Below, piece after piece: positions 32,503 through 42,440 of a DNA stretch of 64,000 nucleotides. Under the pieces are notes generated by a model. It ran no database searches, was not told the origin of the DNA, and saw only the letters and a program-made list of their open reading frames with translations. Position 1 is the first letter of the stretch. Each line of letters opens with the position of its first letter. This DNA is from Flavobacteriaceae bacterium. GTDB taxonomy: Bacteria > Bacteroidota > Bacteroidia > Flavobacteriales > Flavobacteriaceae. The stretch is from the NCBI GenBank assembly GCA_965250265.1, contig CBDFNO010000012.1:456582-520581 (forward strand). Reading direction: 5' to 3'. Made by a program: the position numbers and the translations under genes.

Positions 32503-32554
32503 CCGAATATATTGTGATTAGTTGATAATCAAATATAGGAATTACAAGTTGCAC

Positions 32555-32590
32555 GAAATAAAAAAACCTCACAAAATCTTGTGAGGTTTT
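32555..32590 (-). terminator. Rho-independent terminator after sucD
   Basis: AACCTCACAA-gatt-TTGTGAGGTT, followed by a T-run on the minus strand. Confidence 0.75.
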
Positions 32591-32611
32591 TAACAATTTA
32601 TTTAATTCTAT

Positions 32612-33484
32612 CTATGCCATAACTTCGGCAACTTTTTTACCAATTTCAGCAGGAGAATCTACTACATGAATGCCACATTCTCTCATAATTCGTTTTTTTG
32701 CTTGTGCTGTATCATCACTTCCTCCTACAATTGCACCGGCGTGTCCCATTGTTCGTCCAGCTGGTGCCGTTTCTCCTGCAATAAATCCTACTACAGGCTT
32801 TTTACTTCCACTTGCTTTATACCATTGTGCGGCATCACCTTCTAATTGTCCTCCTATTTCACCGATCATAACAACACATTCTGTTTCAGGATCATTAATC
32901 AACATTTCTACAGCTTCTTGAGTTGTAGTACCAATAATTGGATCTCCTCCAATTCCTATGGCAGTTGTAATTCCTAAACCCTGCTTTACAACTTGATCTG
33001 CTGCCTCATAGGTTAATGTTCCGGATTTTGAAACAATCCCAATGCTTCCTTTTTTGAATACAAACCCCGGCATAATACCAACTTTAGCTTCACCAGGAGT
33101 AATCACACCTGGACAATTAGGTCCGATAAGACGACAGTCTTTATTTTTTATATAGTCTGCCGCTTTAATCATATCTGCAACCGGAATACCCTCGGTAATT
33201 GTAATAATCACTTTAATACCCGCATCTGCAGCTTCCATTATGGCATCTGCAGCAAAAGCCGGTGGCACAAAAATAATTGTTGTATCAGCTGTTACTTCTT
33301 TAACAGCATCCTTTACAGTATTAAAAACAGGTCTATCTAAATGTGTTTGTCCTCCTTTTCCAGGAGTTACGCCTCCAACTACATTGGTACCATATTCAAT
33401 CATTTGTGTGGCGTGAAACGTACCTTCACTTCCTGTAAAACCCTGAACAATAATCTTTGAATTTTTATTTACTAAAACACTCAT
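32612..33484 (-). CDS. sucD: Succinyl-CoA ligase alpha subunit
   Basis: 290 aa with [12 protein letters not shown] and MGHAGAI (the phospho-His motif). Confidence 0.95.
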   Translation of the reverse strand: MSVLVNKNSKIIVQGFTGSEGTFHATQMIEYGTNVVGGVTPGKGGQTHLDRPVFNTVKDAVKEVTADTTIIFVPPAFAADAIMEAADAGIKVIITITEGIPVADMIKAADYIKNKDCRLIGPNCPGVITPGEAKVGIMPGFVFKKGSIGIVSKSGTLTYEAADQVVKQGLGITTAIGIGGDPIIGTTTQEAVEMLINDPETECVVMIGEIGGQLEGDAAQWYKASGSKKPVVGFIAGETAPAGRTMGHAGAIVGGSDDTAQAKKRIMRECGIHVVDSPAEIGKKVAEVMA

Positions 33485-33549
33485 TTGCTTATAATTTTAT
33501 AACGTGACAAAAGTAATTTTTTTAACTTATTTTTAAAGTGATTTTATTA

Positions 33550-34485
33550 CTATTTCTTCTTTAGTTTTTCTAAAATTTCCGAGATTTTTCTAATCGAAGC
33601 TATTTCTTTGTACTTCGTTCTAAAATCATCAGCTGGAATACCAAAATAACTTTTACTTCCTTCTAATGATTTACTCACACCTGCTTTTGCAGAAATAACC
33701 GCTTTTTTTCCTATGGTTACATTACTTGTTATTCCTACTTGTCCCCAAATAGTGACTTCGTCTTCTATTATTGTACAACCTGCAATTCCCACTTGGGAAG
33801 CAATTAAACAATTTCTTCCGATTACAGTATCATGGCCAATTTGTACCTGATTATCAATTTTGGTCCCTTCTTTTATTGTTGTGTCATTTGTAACACCTCT
33901 ATCAATAGTGCATGCTGCACCTAAATCGACATTATCTTCTATTACGACACGACCACCAGAAAGTAATCTATCAAAACCTTCAGGTCGATTTTTATAATAA
34001 AATGCATTTGAGCCGAGTACTGTACCAGCATGAATTACTACATTATTGCCTAATACACAATCATCGTAAATGCTTACGTTAGAATGAATTAAACAGTCAT
34101 CACCAATAACAACATTGTTGCCAATAAAGCAATTGGGTTGAATAATTGTGTTCTTACCGATTTTTGCAGTTTTAGAAATATTTAAATTAGAAGTTTGAAA
34201 AGGTTTAAAATGATTGGTTAATACATTAAAATCATAAAATGGATCTTCTGAAATTAATAATGCTTTACCTTCAGGACATTCTACTTCTTTGTTTATTAAT
34301 ACAATAGTTGCGTCAGATTGTAAGGCTTTATCGTAATATTTTGGATGATCGACAAAAACAATATCTCCAGAAGAAACTACATGGATTTCATTCATACCTA
34401 AAACAGGAAAGTTATCATCTCCTACATATTTGCAATTTATTAATGTTGCAATTTCTTTTAGGGTATATAGTTTAGGAAACTTCAT
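33550..34485 (-). CDS. lpxD: UDP-3-O-acylglucosamine N-acyltransferase, second copy
   Basis: 311 aa, left-handed beta-helix hexapeptide repeats with an LpxD-like N-terminus ([15 protein letters not shown]). Confidence 0.8.
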   Translation of the reverse strand: MKFPKLYTLKEIATLINCKYVGDDNFPVLGMNEIHVVSSGDIVFVDHPKYYDKALQSDATIVLINKEVECPEGKALLISEDPFYDFNVLTNHFKPFQTSNLNISKTAKIGKNTIIQPNCFIGNNVVIGDDCLIHSNVSIYDDCVLGNNVVIHAGTVLGSNAFYYKNRPEGFDRLLSGGRVVIEDNVDLGAACTIDRGVTNDTTIKEGTKIDNQVQIGHDTVIGRNCLIASQVGIAGCTIIEDEVTIWGQVGITSNVTIGKKAVISAKAGVSKSLEGSKSYFGIPADDFRTKYKEIASIRKISEILEKLKKK

Positions 34486-35052
34486 TTATTCCTTAACACG
34501 CTCTTTATAGGTACCCTTTTCTGTTTCTACTTTAATTTTATCTCCTTCGTTAATAAACAAAGGGACATTAACAGTAGCTCCTGTTTCTACAGTTGCAGGT
34601 TTAGTAGCATTAGTAGCTGTATTACCTTTAACTCCAGGTTCGGTAGCTGTGACTTCTAAAATCACACTAGCTGGCATTTCTACGGAAAGTGGCATATTAT
34701 CTTCAGAATTAATAATAATGGTTACAATCTCTCCTTCTTTCATTAATCCCGGGTTATCTATAGTGCTTTTGTTTAATATAATTTGATTATAATCATCTAC
34801 ATTCATAAAATGAAAAAGATCCCCTTCTGGATATAAATATTGAAACCGATGAGTTTCTACTCGAACATCTTCAATTTTATGTCCGGCAGAAAAAGTATTA
34901 TCAATAACTTTTCCTGTAGTTACACTTCTTAATTTTGTTCTTACAAATGCTGGGCCTTTCCCAGGCTTAACATGTAAAAATTCAATAATTTTAAAAATAT
35001 CATGATTGTATTTTATACACAATCCATTTCTTATATCTGAAGTACTTGCCAT
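34486..35052 (-). CDS. efp: Elongation factor P
   Basis: 188 aa. The pattern HVKPGKGPAFVRTKLRS is the EF-P signature. Confidence 0.95.
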   Translation of the reverse strand: MASTSDIRNGLCIKYNHDIFKIIEFLHVKPGKGPAFVRTKLRSVTTGKVIDNTFSAGHKIEDVRVETHRFQYLYPEGDLFHFMNVDDYNQIILNKSTIDNPGLMKEGEIVTIIINSEDNMPLSVEMPASVILEVTATEPGVKGNTATNATKPATVETGATVNVPLFINEGDKIKVETEKGTYKERVKE

Positions 35053-35066
35053 TTTTTTTATTAATT

Positions 35067-35846
35067 TTATCTAAAGTATCCTTTCATGATACCTCGATGT
35101 GAGTTTTTAATAAACTGTAGAATTTCGTCACGCTCTGGAGTTGCTTCCATTTCGGCTTCGATAATTCTAGAAGCTTGAGTATTATTATAATTTTTTTGAT
35201 ATAATAGTCTATAAATATTCTGAATTTCCCTAATCTTTTCAGAAGTAAAACCTCTTCTACGTAATCCAACAGAATTAATTCCAACATAGGACAAAGGTTC
35301 TCGTCCAGCCTTTACATAAGGTGGAACATCTTTTCTTACTAAAGTTCCACCAGTTACAAATGCATGATTGCCAATAGAACAAAATTGGTGAACCGCTGTC
35401 ATTCCTGCAAGAATTACATGGTCTCCAACCGTAATATGACCTGCTAATGTACTGTTATTAGAAAAAATACAATTATTGCCAACAACACAATCATGAGCAA
35501 TATGGCAATATGCCATAATTAAGCAATTATCACCAATTACAGTTTTCATTTTATCGACTGTACCTCTATTAATAGTAACACACTCTCTTATAGTAACATT
35601 ATTACCAATTTCTACAGTTGTATCCTCGTCATTATATTTTAAGTCTTGAGGAATTGCGGAAATTACTGCACCCGGAAAAACGTTACAGTTTTTTCCAATA
35701 CGTGCACCTTCCATTATAGTAACATTAGAGCCTATCCATGTTCCCTGACCAATTTTAACATTGTTATGAATAGTTGTAAAAGGTTCGATCACAACATTCT
35801 TCGCAATTTTAGCTCCAGGATGTACATACGCAAGTGGTTGATTCAT
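35067..35846 (-). CDS. lpxA: UDP-N-acetylglucosamine O-acyltransferase
   Basis: 259 aa with hexapeptide repeats and an LpxA C-terminal helical domain. Confidence 0.92.
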   Translation of the reverse strand: MNQPLAYVHPGAKIAKNVVIEPFTTIHNNVKIGQGTWIGSNVTIMEGARIGKNCNVFPGAVISAIPQDLKYNDEDTTVEIGNNVTIRECVTINRGTVDKMKTVIGDNCLIMAYCHIAHDCVVGNNCIFSNNSTLAGHITVGDHVILAGMTAVHQFCSIGNHAFVTGGTLVRKDVPPYVKAGREPLSYVGINSVGLRRRGFTSEKIREIQNIYRLLYQKNYNNTQASRIIEAEMEATPERDEILQFIKNSHRGIMKGYFR

Positions 35847-35848
35847 AG

Positions 35849-37252
35849 CTATTTAATTTTTGTTATTTGCGCCATTAGTTCAGCTTCGACACAAAGTTTA
35901 CCATTAGCATATGCATAACCTTGCATATGGCAAATTCCTCTTCTAATTGGAGCTATTAATGTGCATTTAAAAATTAAAGTATCACCTGGAACTACTCTTT
36001 GCTTAAACCTAACTTTATCTATCTTCATAAAAAGTGTCAAATAATTCTCAGGATCTGGAACTGTACTTAGTAACAAAATTCCTCCCGTTTGCGCCATTGC
36101 TTCAACAATTAAAACACCAGGCATTACCGGGGATCCAGGAAAATGACCAACAAAGAACGGTTCATTCATAGTTACATTCTTCATTCCAATAACATGTGAC
36201 TTAGACAACTCAAATATTTTATCTATTAATAAAAAAGGCTGTCTATGAGGTAGCATATTCATGATTTGATTCACATCCATCAATGGCTCTAATTTTAAAT
36301 CGACATCAGGAACATTATTTCGTTTTTCAATCTTAATTATCTTTGAAAGTTTCTTTGCAAACTGTGTGTTTACAAAATGTCCGGGCTTATTGGCTATAAC
36401 TTTCCCTCTAATTCTTGTTCCTATTAGGGCCAGATCTCCTATTACATCTAGTAATTTATGTCTTGCTGCTTCATTGGGATAATGTAATGTTAAATTATCT
36501 AAAATTCCATTTGGTTTAACAGCAATATTATCCTTCTTAAAAGCAGTTTTCAAGCGATCCATAGTTTCGGGCGATAATTCTTTATCTACATATACTATCG
36601 CATTATTTAAATCGCCTCCTTTTATTAATCCATGTTCAAGTAACATTTCTATTTCGTGCAAAAAACTAAATGTTCTAGAGTCGGCAATTTGATTCTTAAA
36701 ATCTGAAATATGTTGTAATGTAGCGTTTTGAGTTCCTAACACTTTTGTGCCAAAATCTACCATTGTTGTTACCTGGTACTCGTCAGAAGGAATAATTGTA
36801 ATTTCACTTCCTGATTCCTCGTCTATATAAGAAATGACCTCTTTAACTATGTATTCTTTTCTATTACTATCTTGTTCAATACTTCCGGCCTTTTCTAGGG
36901 CTTCAACAAAATATTTTGAAGAACCATCCATAATTGGAGCTTCAGATTCATTGAGCTCTATAATAACATTATCTATTTCTAAGCCAACTAAGGCTGCTAA
37001 AACATGTTCACAAGTTTGAATACTTACTCCATTTTTTTCTAAACATGTACCTCTTTGTGTGCTGGAAACATAATTCGCATCAGCAGCAATACAAGGGATT
37101 CCTTCTAGATCAACTCTTTTAAACACATAACCATTACCAACTTCAGCAGGTTTAAAAGTTAAAACCACTTCTTTTCCTGTATGGAGTCCAACTCCGGTAA
37201 GTGAAACCTCATTTGCTATTGTTGTTTGTTTTGATTCGGTCTTAACCATCAT
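35849..37252 (-). CDS. lpxC-fabZ: Bifunctional UDP-3-O-acyl-GlcNAc deacetylase / 3-hydroxyacyl-ACP dehydratase
   Basis: 467 aa. The N-terminal LpxC part ([15 protein letters not shown]) is fused to FabZ ([23 protein letters not shown]). This fusion is typical of Bacteroidota. Confidence 0.93.
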   Translation of the reverse strand: MMVKTESKQTTIANEVSLTGVGLHTGKEVVLTFKPAEVGNGYVFKRVDLEGIPCIAADANYVSSTQRGTCLEKNGVSIQTCEHVLAALVGLEIDNVIIELNESEAPIMDGSSKYFVEALEKAGSIEQDSNRKEYIVKEVISYIDEESGSEITIIPSDEYQVTTMVDFGTKVLGTQNATLQHISDFKNQIADSRTFSFLHEIEMLLEHGLIKGGDLNNAIVYVDKELSPETMDRLKTAFKKDNIAVKPNGILDNLTLHYPNEAARHKLLDVIGDLALIGTRIRGKVIANKPGHFVNTQFAKKLSKIIKIEKRNNVPDVDLKLEPLMDVNQIMNMLPHRQPFLLIDKIFELSKSHVIGMKNVTMNEPFFVGHFPGSPVMPGVLIVEAMAQTGGILLLSTVPDPENYLTLFMKIDKVRFKQRVVPGDTLIFKCTLIAPIRRGICHMQGYAYANGKLCVEAELMAQITKIK

Positions 37253-38270
37253 TATTTAATTTTTTTTCTATATCATTTATATCTTTAACAATCTTCGGTA
37301 AGTTCTTAAAATGTACATACGATTTGTTATAATCACCGTATGATAATGCCGGTGATCCTTGTAAGACCTCATTATCTTTTACATTTCTACCAATACCTGA
37401 TTGTGCTTGTATTTTTACATTATTACCAATAGTTAAATGGCCAACGATTCCTACCTGACCACCAATTTGACAATTCTCACCAATTTTCGTAGATCCTGCT
37501 ATTCCAGTTTGAGCAGCGATTACAGTATTTTTACCAATTTCAACATTATGAGCAATTTGAATTTGGTTATCAAGCTTAACGCCTCTTCGAATAATTGTAG
37601 AGCCTAAAGTAGCTCTATCTATTGTGGTAGCAGCACCAATATCAACATAATCTTCAAGAATAACATTTCCTGTTTGTGGCACTTTATTGTAAGCACCTTC
37701 GTCATTAGGAGTAAAGCCAAAACCATCGGCACCAATAATAGCTCCAGAGTTAATAACACAATGATTACCGATAATACATTCGGAATAAATTTTGGCACCA
37801 GAAAACACTAAAACATTATTACCTATTTCCACATTATCTCCGATATAACTATTAGGATAAATCTTAACATTGTTACCTATGGTAACATTATCACCAATAT
37901 AAGAAAAGGCTCCTATATAAATATGTTCGCCATAAGATGCGGAATCTGAAATAAAAGATGGTTCCTCAATTCCTGCTTTATTCATCTTAACCTCATTGTA
38001 ATATTCCAACAATTTAGAAAATGACTTATATGCATCATTCACTTTAATTAAAGTAATATCTAAATCATTTTCAGGATTAAAATCTTTATTAACAATAATA
38101 ATAGAAGCTTTCGTATTATATATAAACTGTGTGTATTTTGGGTTAGCTAAAAAGGTTAAAGATCCTTTGGTACCTTCTTCAATTTTTGAGAGTTTAGAAA
38201 CTTCAACATCAGGATTACCCACTATGTCGCCTTCTAAAATTCCTGCTATTTGTGATGCCGTAAATTTCAT
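37242..38270 (-). CDS. lpxD: UDP-3-O-acylglucosamine N-acyltransferase
   Basis: The ATG at 38270 gives [14 protein letters not shown], followed by hexapeptide repeats. It is the first gene of the lpx cluster. Confidence 0.9.
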   Translation of the reverse strand: MKFTASQIAGILEGDIVGNPDVEVSKLSKIEEGTKGSLTFLANPKYTQFIYNTKASIIIVNKDFNPENDLDITLIKVNDAYKSFSKLLEYYNEVKMNKAGIEEPSFISDSASYGEHIYIGAFSYIGDNVTIGNNVKIYPNSYIGDNVEIGNNVLVFSGAKIYSECIIGNHCVINSGAIIGADGFGFTPNDEGAYNKVPQTGNVILEDYVDIGAATTIDRATLGSTIIRRGVKLDNQIQIAHNVEIGKNTVIAAQTGIAGSTKIGENCQIGGQVGIVGHLTIGNNVKIQAQSGIGRNVKDNEVLQGSPALSYGDYNKSYVHFKNLPKIVKDINDIEKKLNNDG

Positions 38271-38295
38271 GTGACGCAAAAATATAAAAAATGTG

Positions 38296-39525
38296 CTAAA
38301 GTTTGTCTTTTGGGTAACATATATAATACTTAATTACAGGTTTTGAAAGGACTTTTAAATTTAACAGATCAGATGCCTTTACAATATCTGTTATTTTACC
38401 TGTATCAAACAAGATATTTATATTTTTATTTTTTAATTGATAAGCTTGATTAATGATATCACCTTTAAACACAAAATATTCCGCTTCTTCTTTTGAAATA
38501 TTATAATTATCTATCAACTTAGAAATATGAAAACTTAATTTTTCCTTTTTTATTTGTCTCCTTTTTATTTTAATTTTTAAAAGATCTCTATTAATAATCA
38601 TTTGACAAAGATTACTTAAAACAAAATCATCATGATCTTGCCAGTCTTTCATCGCAGAAATAACATCATAATCATCAAGTTTTGCAAATGTTTCAAGTTC
38701 TATATCACTAAACCTCTCTTTTGTAATTTCATTTTTCAAAAAGTACAATAATGCCTGACTAGCTTTAAGTTGATCGCCTCCTTTAGTTAGTTGTTTAGCG
38801 CGTAGCAAAGCTCTAATCATTAATTGCTCTGCTACTAAACTCGTTTTATGTAAATAAACTGACCAATACATTAATCGTCTTGCTGTTAAAAATTTTTCAA
38901 CTGAATAAATGCCTTTCTTCTCTACTACAAGCTCGTCATCTACAACATTTAACATAGTTATTAATCGTTCGCTATTTATATTTCCCTCTGATACACCTGT
39001 ATAAAAACTATCACGCTTTAAATAATCTGCACGATCCATATCTAACTGACTAGAAATTAGCTCGCACATAAATTTTCTATAATATTCTCCTTTAAACATT
39101 TTTATCGCAAGCGTTAAATTTGAGTTAAATTCAGTATTCAATTTTTGCATAAAAAATAACGATATTTCTTCATGAGAAACACCATCTACAATACTATGTT
39201 CCATAGCATGACTAAATGGACCATGACCAATATCATGCAAAAGAATAGCAATTAACAACGCATTTTCCTCATCTTCAGAAATTGTAACACCCTTAAAACG
39301 AAGTATCCTCACTGCATTTTGCATTAAATGCATGCTACCCAATGCATGATGGAATCTTGTGTGATGAGCACCTGGATAAACTAAATAGGATAATCCCATT
39401 TGAGTAATTCTGCGAAGTCTTTGGAAATACTTATGTTCGACCAAATCAAAAATTAAAGAATTAGGAATCGTAATAAATCCGTAAATTGGGTCGTTAAATA
39501 TTTTAAGTTTGTTTTTAGTATGCAA
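38296..39525 (-). CDS. HD-domain phosphohydrolase (dNTPase-like)
   Basis: 409 aa with the HD signature RFHHALG...[12 protein letters not shown]. Confidence 0.8.
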   Translation of the reverse strand: MHTKNKLKIFNDPIYGFITIPNSLIFDLVEHKYFQRLRRITQMGLSYLVYPGAHHTRFHHALGSMHLMQNAVRILRFKGVTISEDEENALLIAILLHDIGHGPFSHAMEHSIVDGVSHEEISLFFMQKLNTEFNSNLTLAIKMFKGEYYRKFMCELISSQLDMDRADYLKRDSFYTGVSEGNINSERLITMLNVVDDELVVEKKGIYSVEKFLTARRLMYWSVYLHKTSLVAEQLMIRALLRAKQLTKGGDQLKASQALLYFLKNEITKERFSDIELETFAKLDDYDVISAMKDWQDHDDFVLSNLCQMIINRDLLKIKIKRRQIKKEKLSFHISKLIDNYNISKEEAEYFVFKGDIINQAYQLKNKNINILFDTGKITDIVKASDLLNLKVLSKPVIKYYICYPKDKL

Positions 39526-39563
39526 ACGTTAATTGAATTAAAAATTTATGCAAATATAAATAT

Positions 39564-41117
39564 ATGAACAATATTAACATTCTTTGGGTTGATGATGAAA
39601 TAGATTTATTAAAACCTCACATTTTATTTTTAGAAAAAAGGAACTATGCAGTTACAACCTGCCAGAGTGGTACTGAAGCCATAGAAATTATTGATGATCA
39701 GAATTTTGATATTGTTTTTTTGGACGAAAACATGCCTGGTCTCACAGGTTTAGAGACCTTATCGGAAATTAAAGAAAAGCGAAATAGCATTCCAGTAGTA
39801 ATGATTACCAAGAGTGAAGAAGAGTATATTATGGAAGAAGCTATTGGAAGCAAAATTGCAGATTACCTCATTAAACCAGTTAATCCTAACCAAATTTTGT
39901 TGAGTTTAAAAAAGAATTTGGATCATACGCGTTTAGTTTCTGAAAAAACAACTTCTAGCTATCAGCAAGAATTTAGAAAAATAGCTATGGATTTGTCTAT
40001 GGTAAATAGTTATGAAGAATGGGTAGAACTTTATCAAAAGTTAATCTACTGGGAAATTGAGCTCGAAGATATTGAAGATCATGCCATGTTTGAGATTTTA
40101 GAATCTCAAAAAAATGAAGCTAATCTTCAGTTTGGAAAATTTATTGATAAAAACTATAAAAATTGGTTTCAACCTAATGCTGATGCTCCTGTATTGTCAC
40201 ACACACTATTTCAGGAAAAAGTTGTTCCGGAGTTGAGCAAAAATCAACAAACACTTTTAGTGGTTGTAGATAATTTAAGATACGACCAATGGAAAGCATT
40301 TGAACCAATTGTAAGTAATTATTACAAAACCGAAAGCGAATCTCCTTATTATAGTATTTTGCCTACTGCAACTCAATATGCAAGAAACGCTATCTTCTCA
40401 GGATTAATGCCTAGTGATATGGAACAGTTACATCCAAACTACTGGAAAAATGATAATGATGAAGGTGGAAAAAATTTATTTGAAAACGAATTTCTTAAAG
40501 CTCAATTAAAACGTTTAGGGCTAAATCATATAAAACATGAGTATTTTAAAATTACAAATCTAAGGGCTGGAAAAAAATTAGCCAATAATTTTAAATCCCA
40601 AAAAGATAACGACCTTACTGTAGTTGTTTACAATTTTGTAGATATGTTGTCACATTCTAAAACAGAAATGGACGTTGTAAAAGAGTTGGCTTCTAACGAC
40701 AAAGCATATCGATCGTTAACATTAAGTTGGTTTAAAAATTCTCCACTGCTAGAAATAATTCAACAAGCTCATCAAATGGGCTTTAAGCTTATTATTACTA
40801 CAGACCATGGAACTATTAATGTGAAAAATCCTTCAAAAGTTATTGGTGATAGGGACACAAGCCTTAATCTAAGGTATAAAACCGGAAGAAGTTTAACTTA
40901 TGAAGATAAAGATGTTTTGGCATCAAAAGATCCTAAAAAGATTCTTTTGCCGTCAATAACAATGAATAGCTCCTTTATTTTTGCAAAAGGAAATCTATTC
41001 TTTGCATACCCTAACAACTATAACCATTATGTAAGCTATTATCGAAATACCTATCAGCATGGAGGCGTATCTTTAGAGGAAGTTATTATCCCGTTTGTAG
41101 TTTTAAATCCAAAGTAA
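39564..41117 (+). CDS. porX: Response regulator with a PglZ/alkaline-phosphatase-like output domain (PorX-type)
   Basis: 517 aa. An N-terminal REC domain (ILWVDDE, FLDENMPG, KP) is followed by a PglZ-like domain (VVDNLRYDQW, TTDHGT). Confidence 0.7.
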   Translation: MNNINILWVDDEIDLLKPHILFLEKRNYAVTTCQSGTEAIEIIDDQNFDIVFLDENMPGLTGLETLSEIKEKRNSIPVVMITKSEEEYIMEEAIGSKIADYLIKPVNPNQILLSLKKNLDHTRLVSEKTTSSYQQEFRKIAMDLSMVNSYEEWVELYQKLIYWEIELEDIEDHAMFEILESQKNEANLQFGKFIDKNYKNWFQPNADAPVLSHTLFQEKVVPELSKNQQTLLVVVDNLRYDQWKAFEPIVSNYYKTESESPYYSILPTATQYARNAIFSGLMPSDMEQLHPNYWKNDNDEGGKNLFENEFLKAQLKRLGLNHIKHEYFKITNLRAGKKLANNFKSQKDNDLTVVVYNFVDMLSHSKTEMDVVKELASNDKAYRSLTLSWFKNSPLLEIIQQAHQMGFKLIITTDHGTINVKNPSKVIGDRDTSLNLRYKTGRSLTYEDKDVLASKDPKKILLPSITMNSSFIFAKGNLFFAYPNNYNHYVSYYRNTYQHGGVSLEEVIIPFVVLNPK

Positions 41118-41205
41118 TTTTATCCACAAATTGCAAAAAACATCGACGAAATACACTTTTTTCTTGTTTATTAGCAAAATAATCACTAATATTGCCTAAC
41201 AATTG

Positions 41206-41643
41206 ATGAGTAAAACTGAATATTTTGACTTAGGAACCATAGATGAAGTAGCAAAATTGTTACTTAAAAGGTTTAAAACGAAAACAGTTTTGTTTTATGG
41301 AGACATGGGAGTTGGTAAGACAACGCTTATAAGTGCTTTATTAAAAGAATTAGGAGGTAAAGTAAAAGCCACAAGCCCAACTTTTTCGATTGCGAACGAA
41401 TATAAAGTAAAAGATGATATTGTTTATCATTTTGATCTTTATAGAATTGAAGATGCAGAAGAAGCTTTAGATATAGGCATAGAAGATTACCTATATTCAG
41501 GACATTGGAATTTTGTAGAATGGCCAGAGAAAATTGACGTTTTTCTGCCGAATGAAGTGGATATTTTACACTTAAAACTACAAAAAAACGGTTCCAGAGC
41601 ACTTAAATTGAGTGTTTATAAAGAAAAAAGTATAAATAATTAA
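41206..41643 (+). CDS. tsaE: tRNA t6A biosynthesis ATPase TsaE
   Basis: It has the Walker A motif GDMGVGKTT and the SPTFSI and HFDLYR motifs. Confidence 0.85.
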   Translation: MSKTEYFDLGTIDEVAKLLLKRFKTKTVLFYGDMGVGKTTLISALLKELGGKVKATSPTFSIANEYKVKDDIVYHFDLYRIEDAEEALDIGIEDYLYSGHWNFVEWPEKIDVFLPNEVDILHLKLQKNGSRALKLSVYKEKSINN

Positions 41644-41815
41644 AAATAATTAGTAAAAAAAACGTAAACATAGCCCAAATCGAAATCATAAGAGTACGGT
41701 AAAACCGTAACGTTCAAGCGATTTTAGAAATTGATTTTAACAAAATATTAACATTCTTAGAGGCTCTCTGAAGTTAACTTTGTTACAGTAATTAATTAAT
41801 TAAATCCCTTGAATT

Positions 41816-41956
41816 ATGAAAACTAAAAAAGTTTTAATCGCAATTGCGATTTTCGGAGGTGTTTTGTTTACAGCGCAAGCTACAAACTTAATAGACCTAA
41901 ATGAACAACTTAGAACAGAAGTCAAAAGAAATACACCTAAGCCGCCAGCGGGTTAA
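41816..41956 (+). CDS. Possible 46-aa secreted peptide
   Basis: The ATG at 41816 gives MKTKKVLIAIAIFGGVLFTAQA|TNLIDLNEQLRTEVKRNTPKPPAG, a clean signal peptide with an AQA cleavage site. It overlaps the 41901 ORF by 56 nt and is below the ORF-track size cutoff. Confidence 0.3.
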   Translation: MKTKKVLIAIAIFGGVLFTAQATNLIDLNEQLRTEVKRNTPKPPAG

Positions 41957-42440
41957 GAGTATTGATAAGAGTAGCCTTATTATTGGTAGTATAATAGCAA
42001 CCTTAATTGCAGCTACTCCTTTTCTATTCTATTTACATGAAAGTGTTCCAGAAACAAATGTCTGGGACACTTTTTTGTTTACTTTTGAAAGTCATTTTTA
42101 TGAGAATGCTAATCAAGCAATGTGGCTAATTACGCAAAAGGCCATTCCTCTCATGTTATTATTTATTTGGTTCTTTACAAATCGGCATTGGTGGTATCAT
42201 GCACTTTTAGTTCCAATAGCCATGTATATTTATCAGCTTGTATCTTTTTTTAATGTTGAATTAGATATTATGGATCAGTTTGAATTAGTTTATTTAGTTC
42301 CAGTTATGGCCATTATTATTCCTTCTATTTATTTGATTCGTGCTAAAATGTTTGCTAAAATAAACGATGCTGATAAGACGTTAGAAGAACTTGAAGAGGA
42401 ATTCAAGATTAAACCGCGTTCGTTTAGAGATTATTTTTAG
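41901..42440 (+). CDS. 4-TM membrane protein of unknown family (copy 1)
   Basis: 179 aa with four hydrophobic helices. The conserved blocks PFLFYL, PET.VW, IWF.T..HWW are shared with 47417-48031. The tail is AKINDADKTLEELEEEFKIKPRSFRDYF. Confidence 0.65.
   Translation: MNNLEQKSKEIHLSRQRVKSIDKSSLIIGSIIATLIAATPFLFYLHESVPETNVWDTFLFTFESHFYENANQAMWLITQKAIPLMLLFIWFFTNRHWWYHALLVPIAMYIYQLVSFFNVELDIMDQFELVYLVPVMAIIIPSIYLIRAKMFAKINDADKTLEELEEEFKIKPRSFRDYF
42342..42440 (+). repeat. Left copy of a 99-nt imperfect direct repeat (3' end of the 4-TM gene)
   Basis: 79 of 99 nt are identical to 48683-48781. Both copies are in frame and end at ...PRSFRDYF-TAG. Confidence 0.85.
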
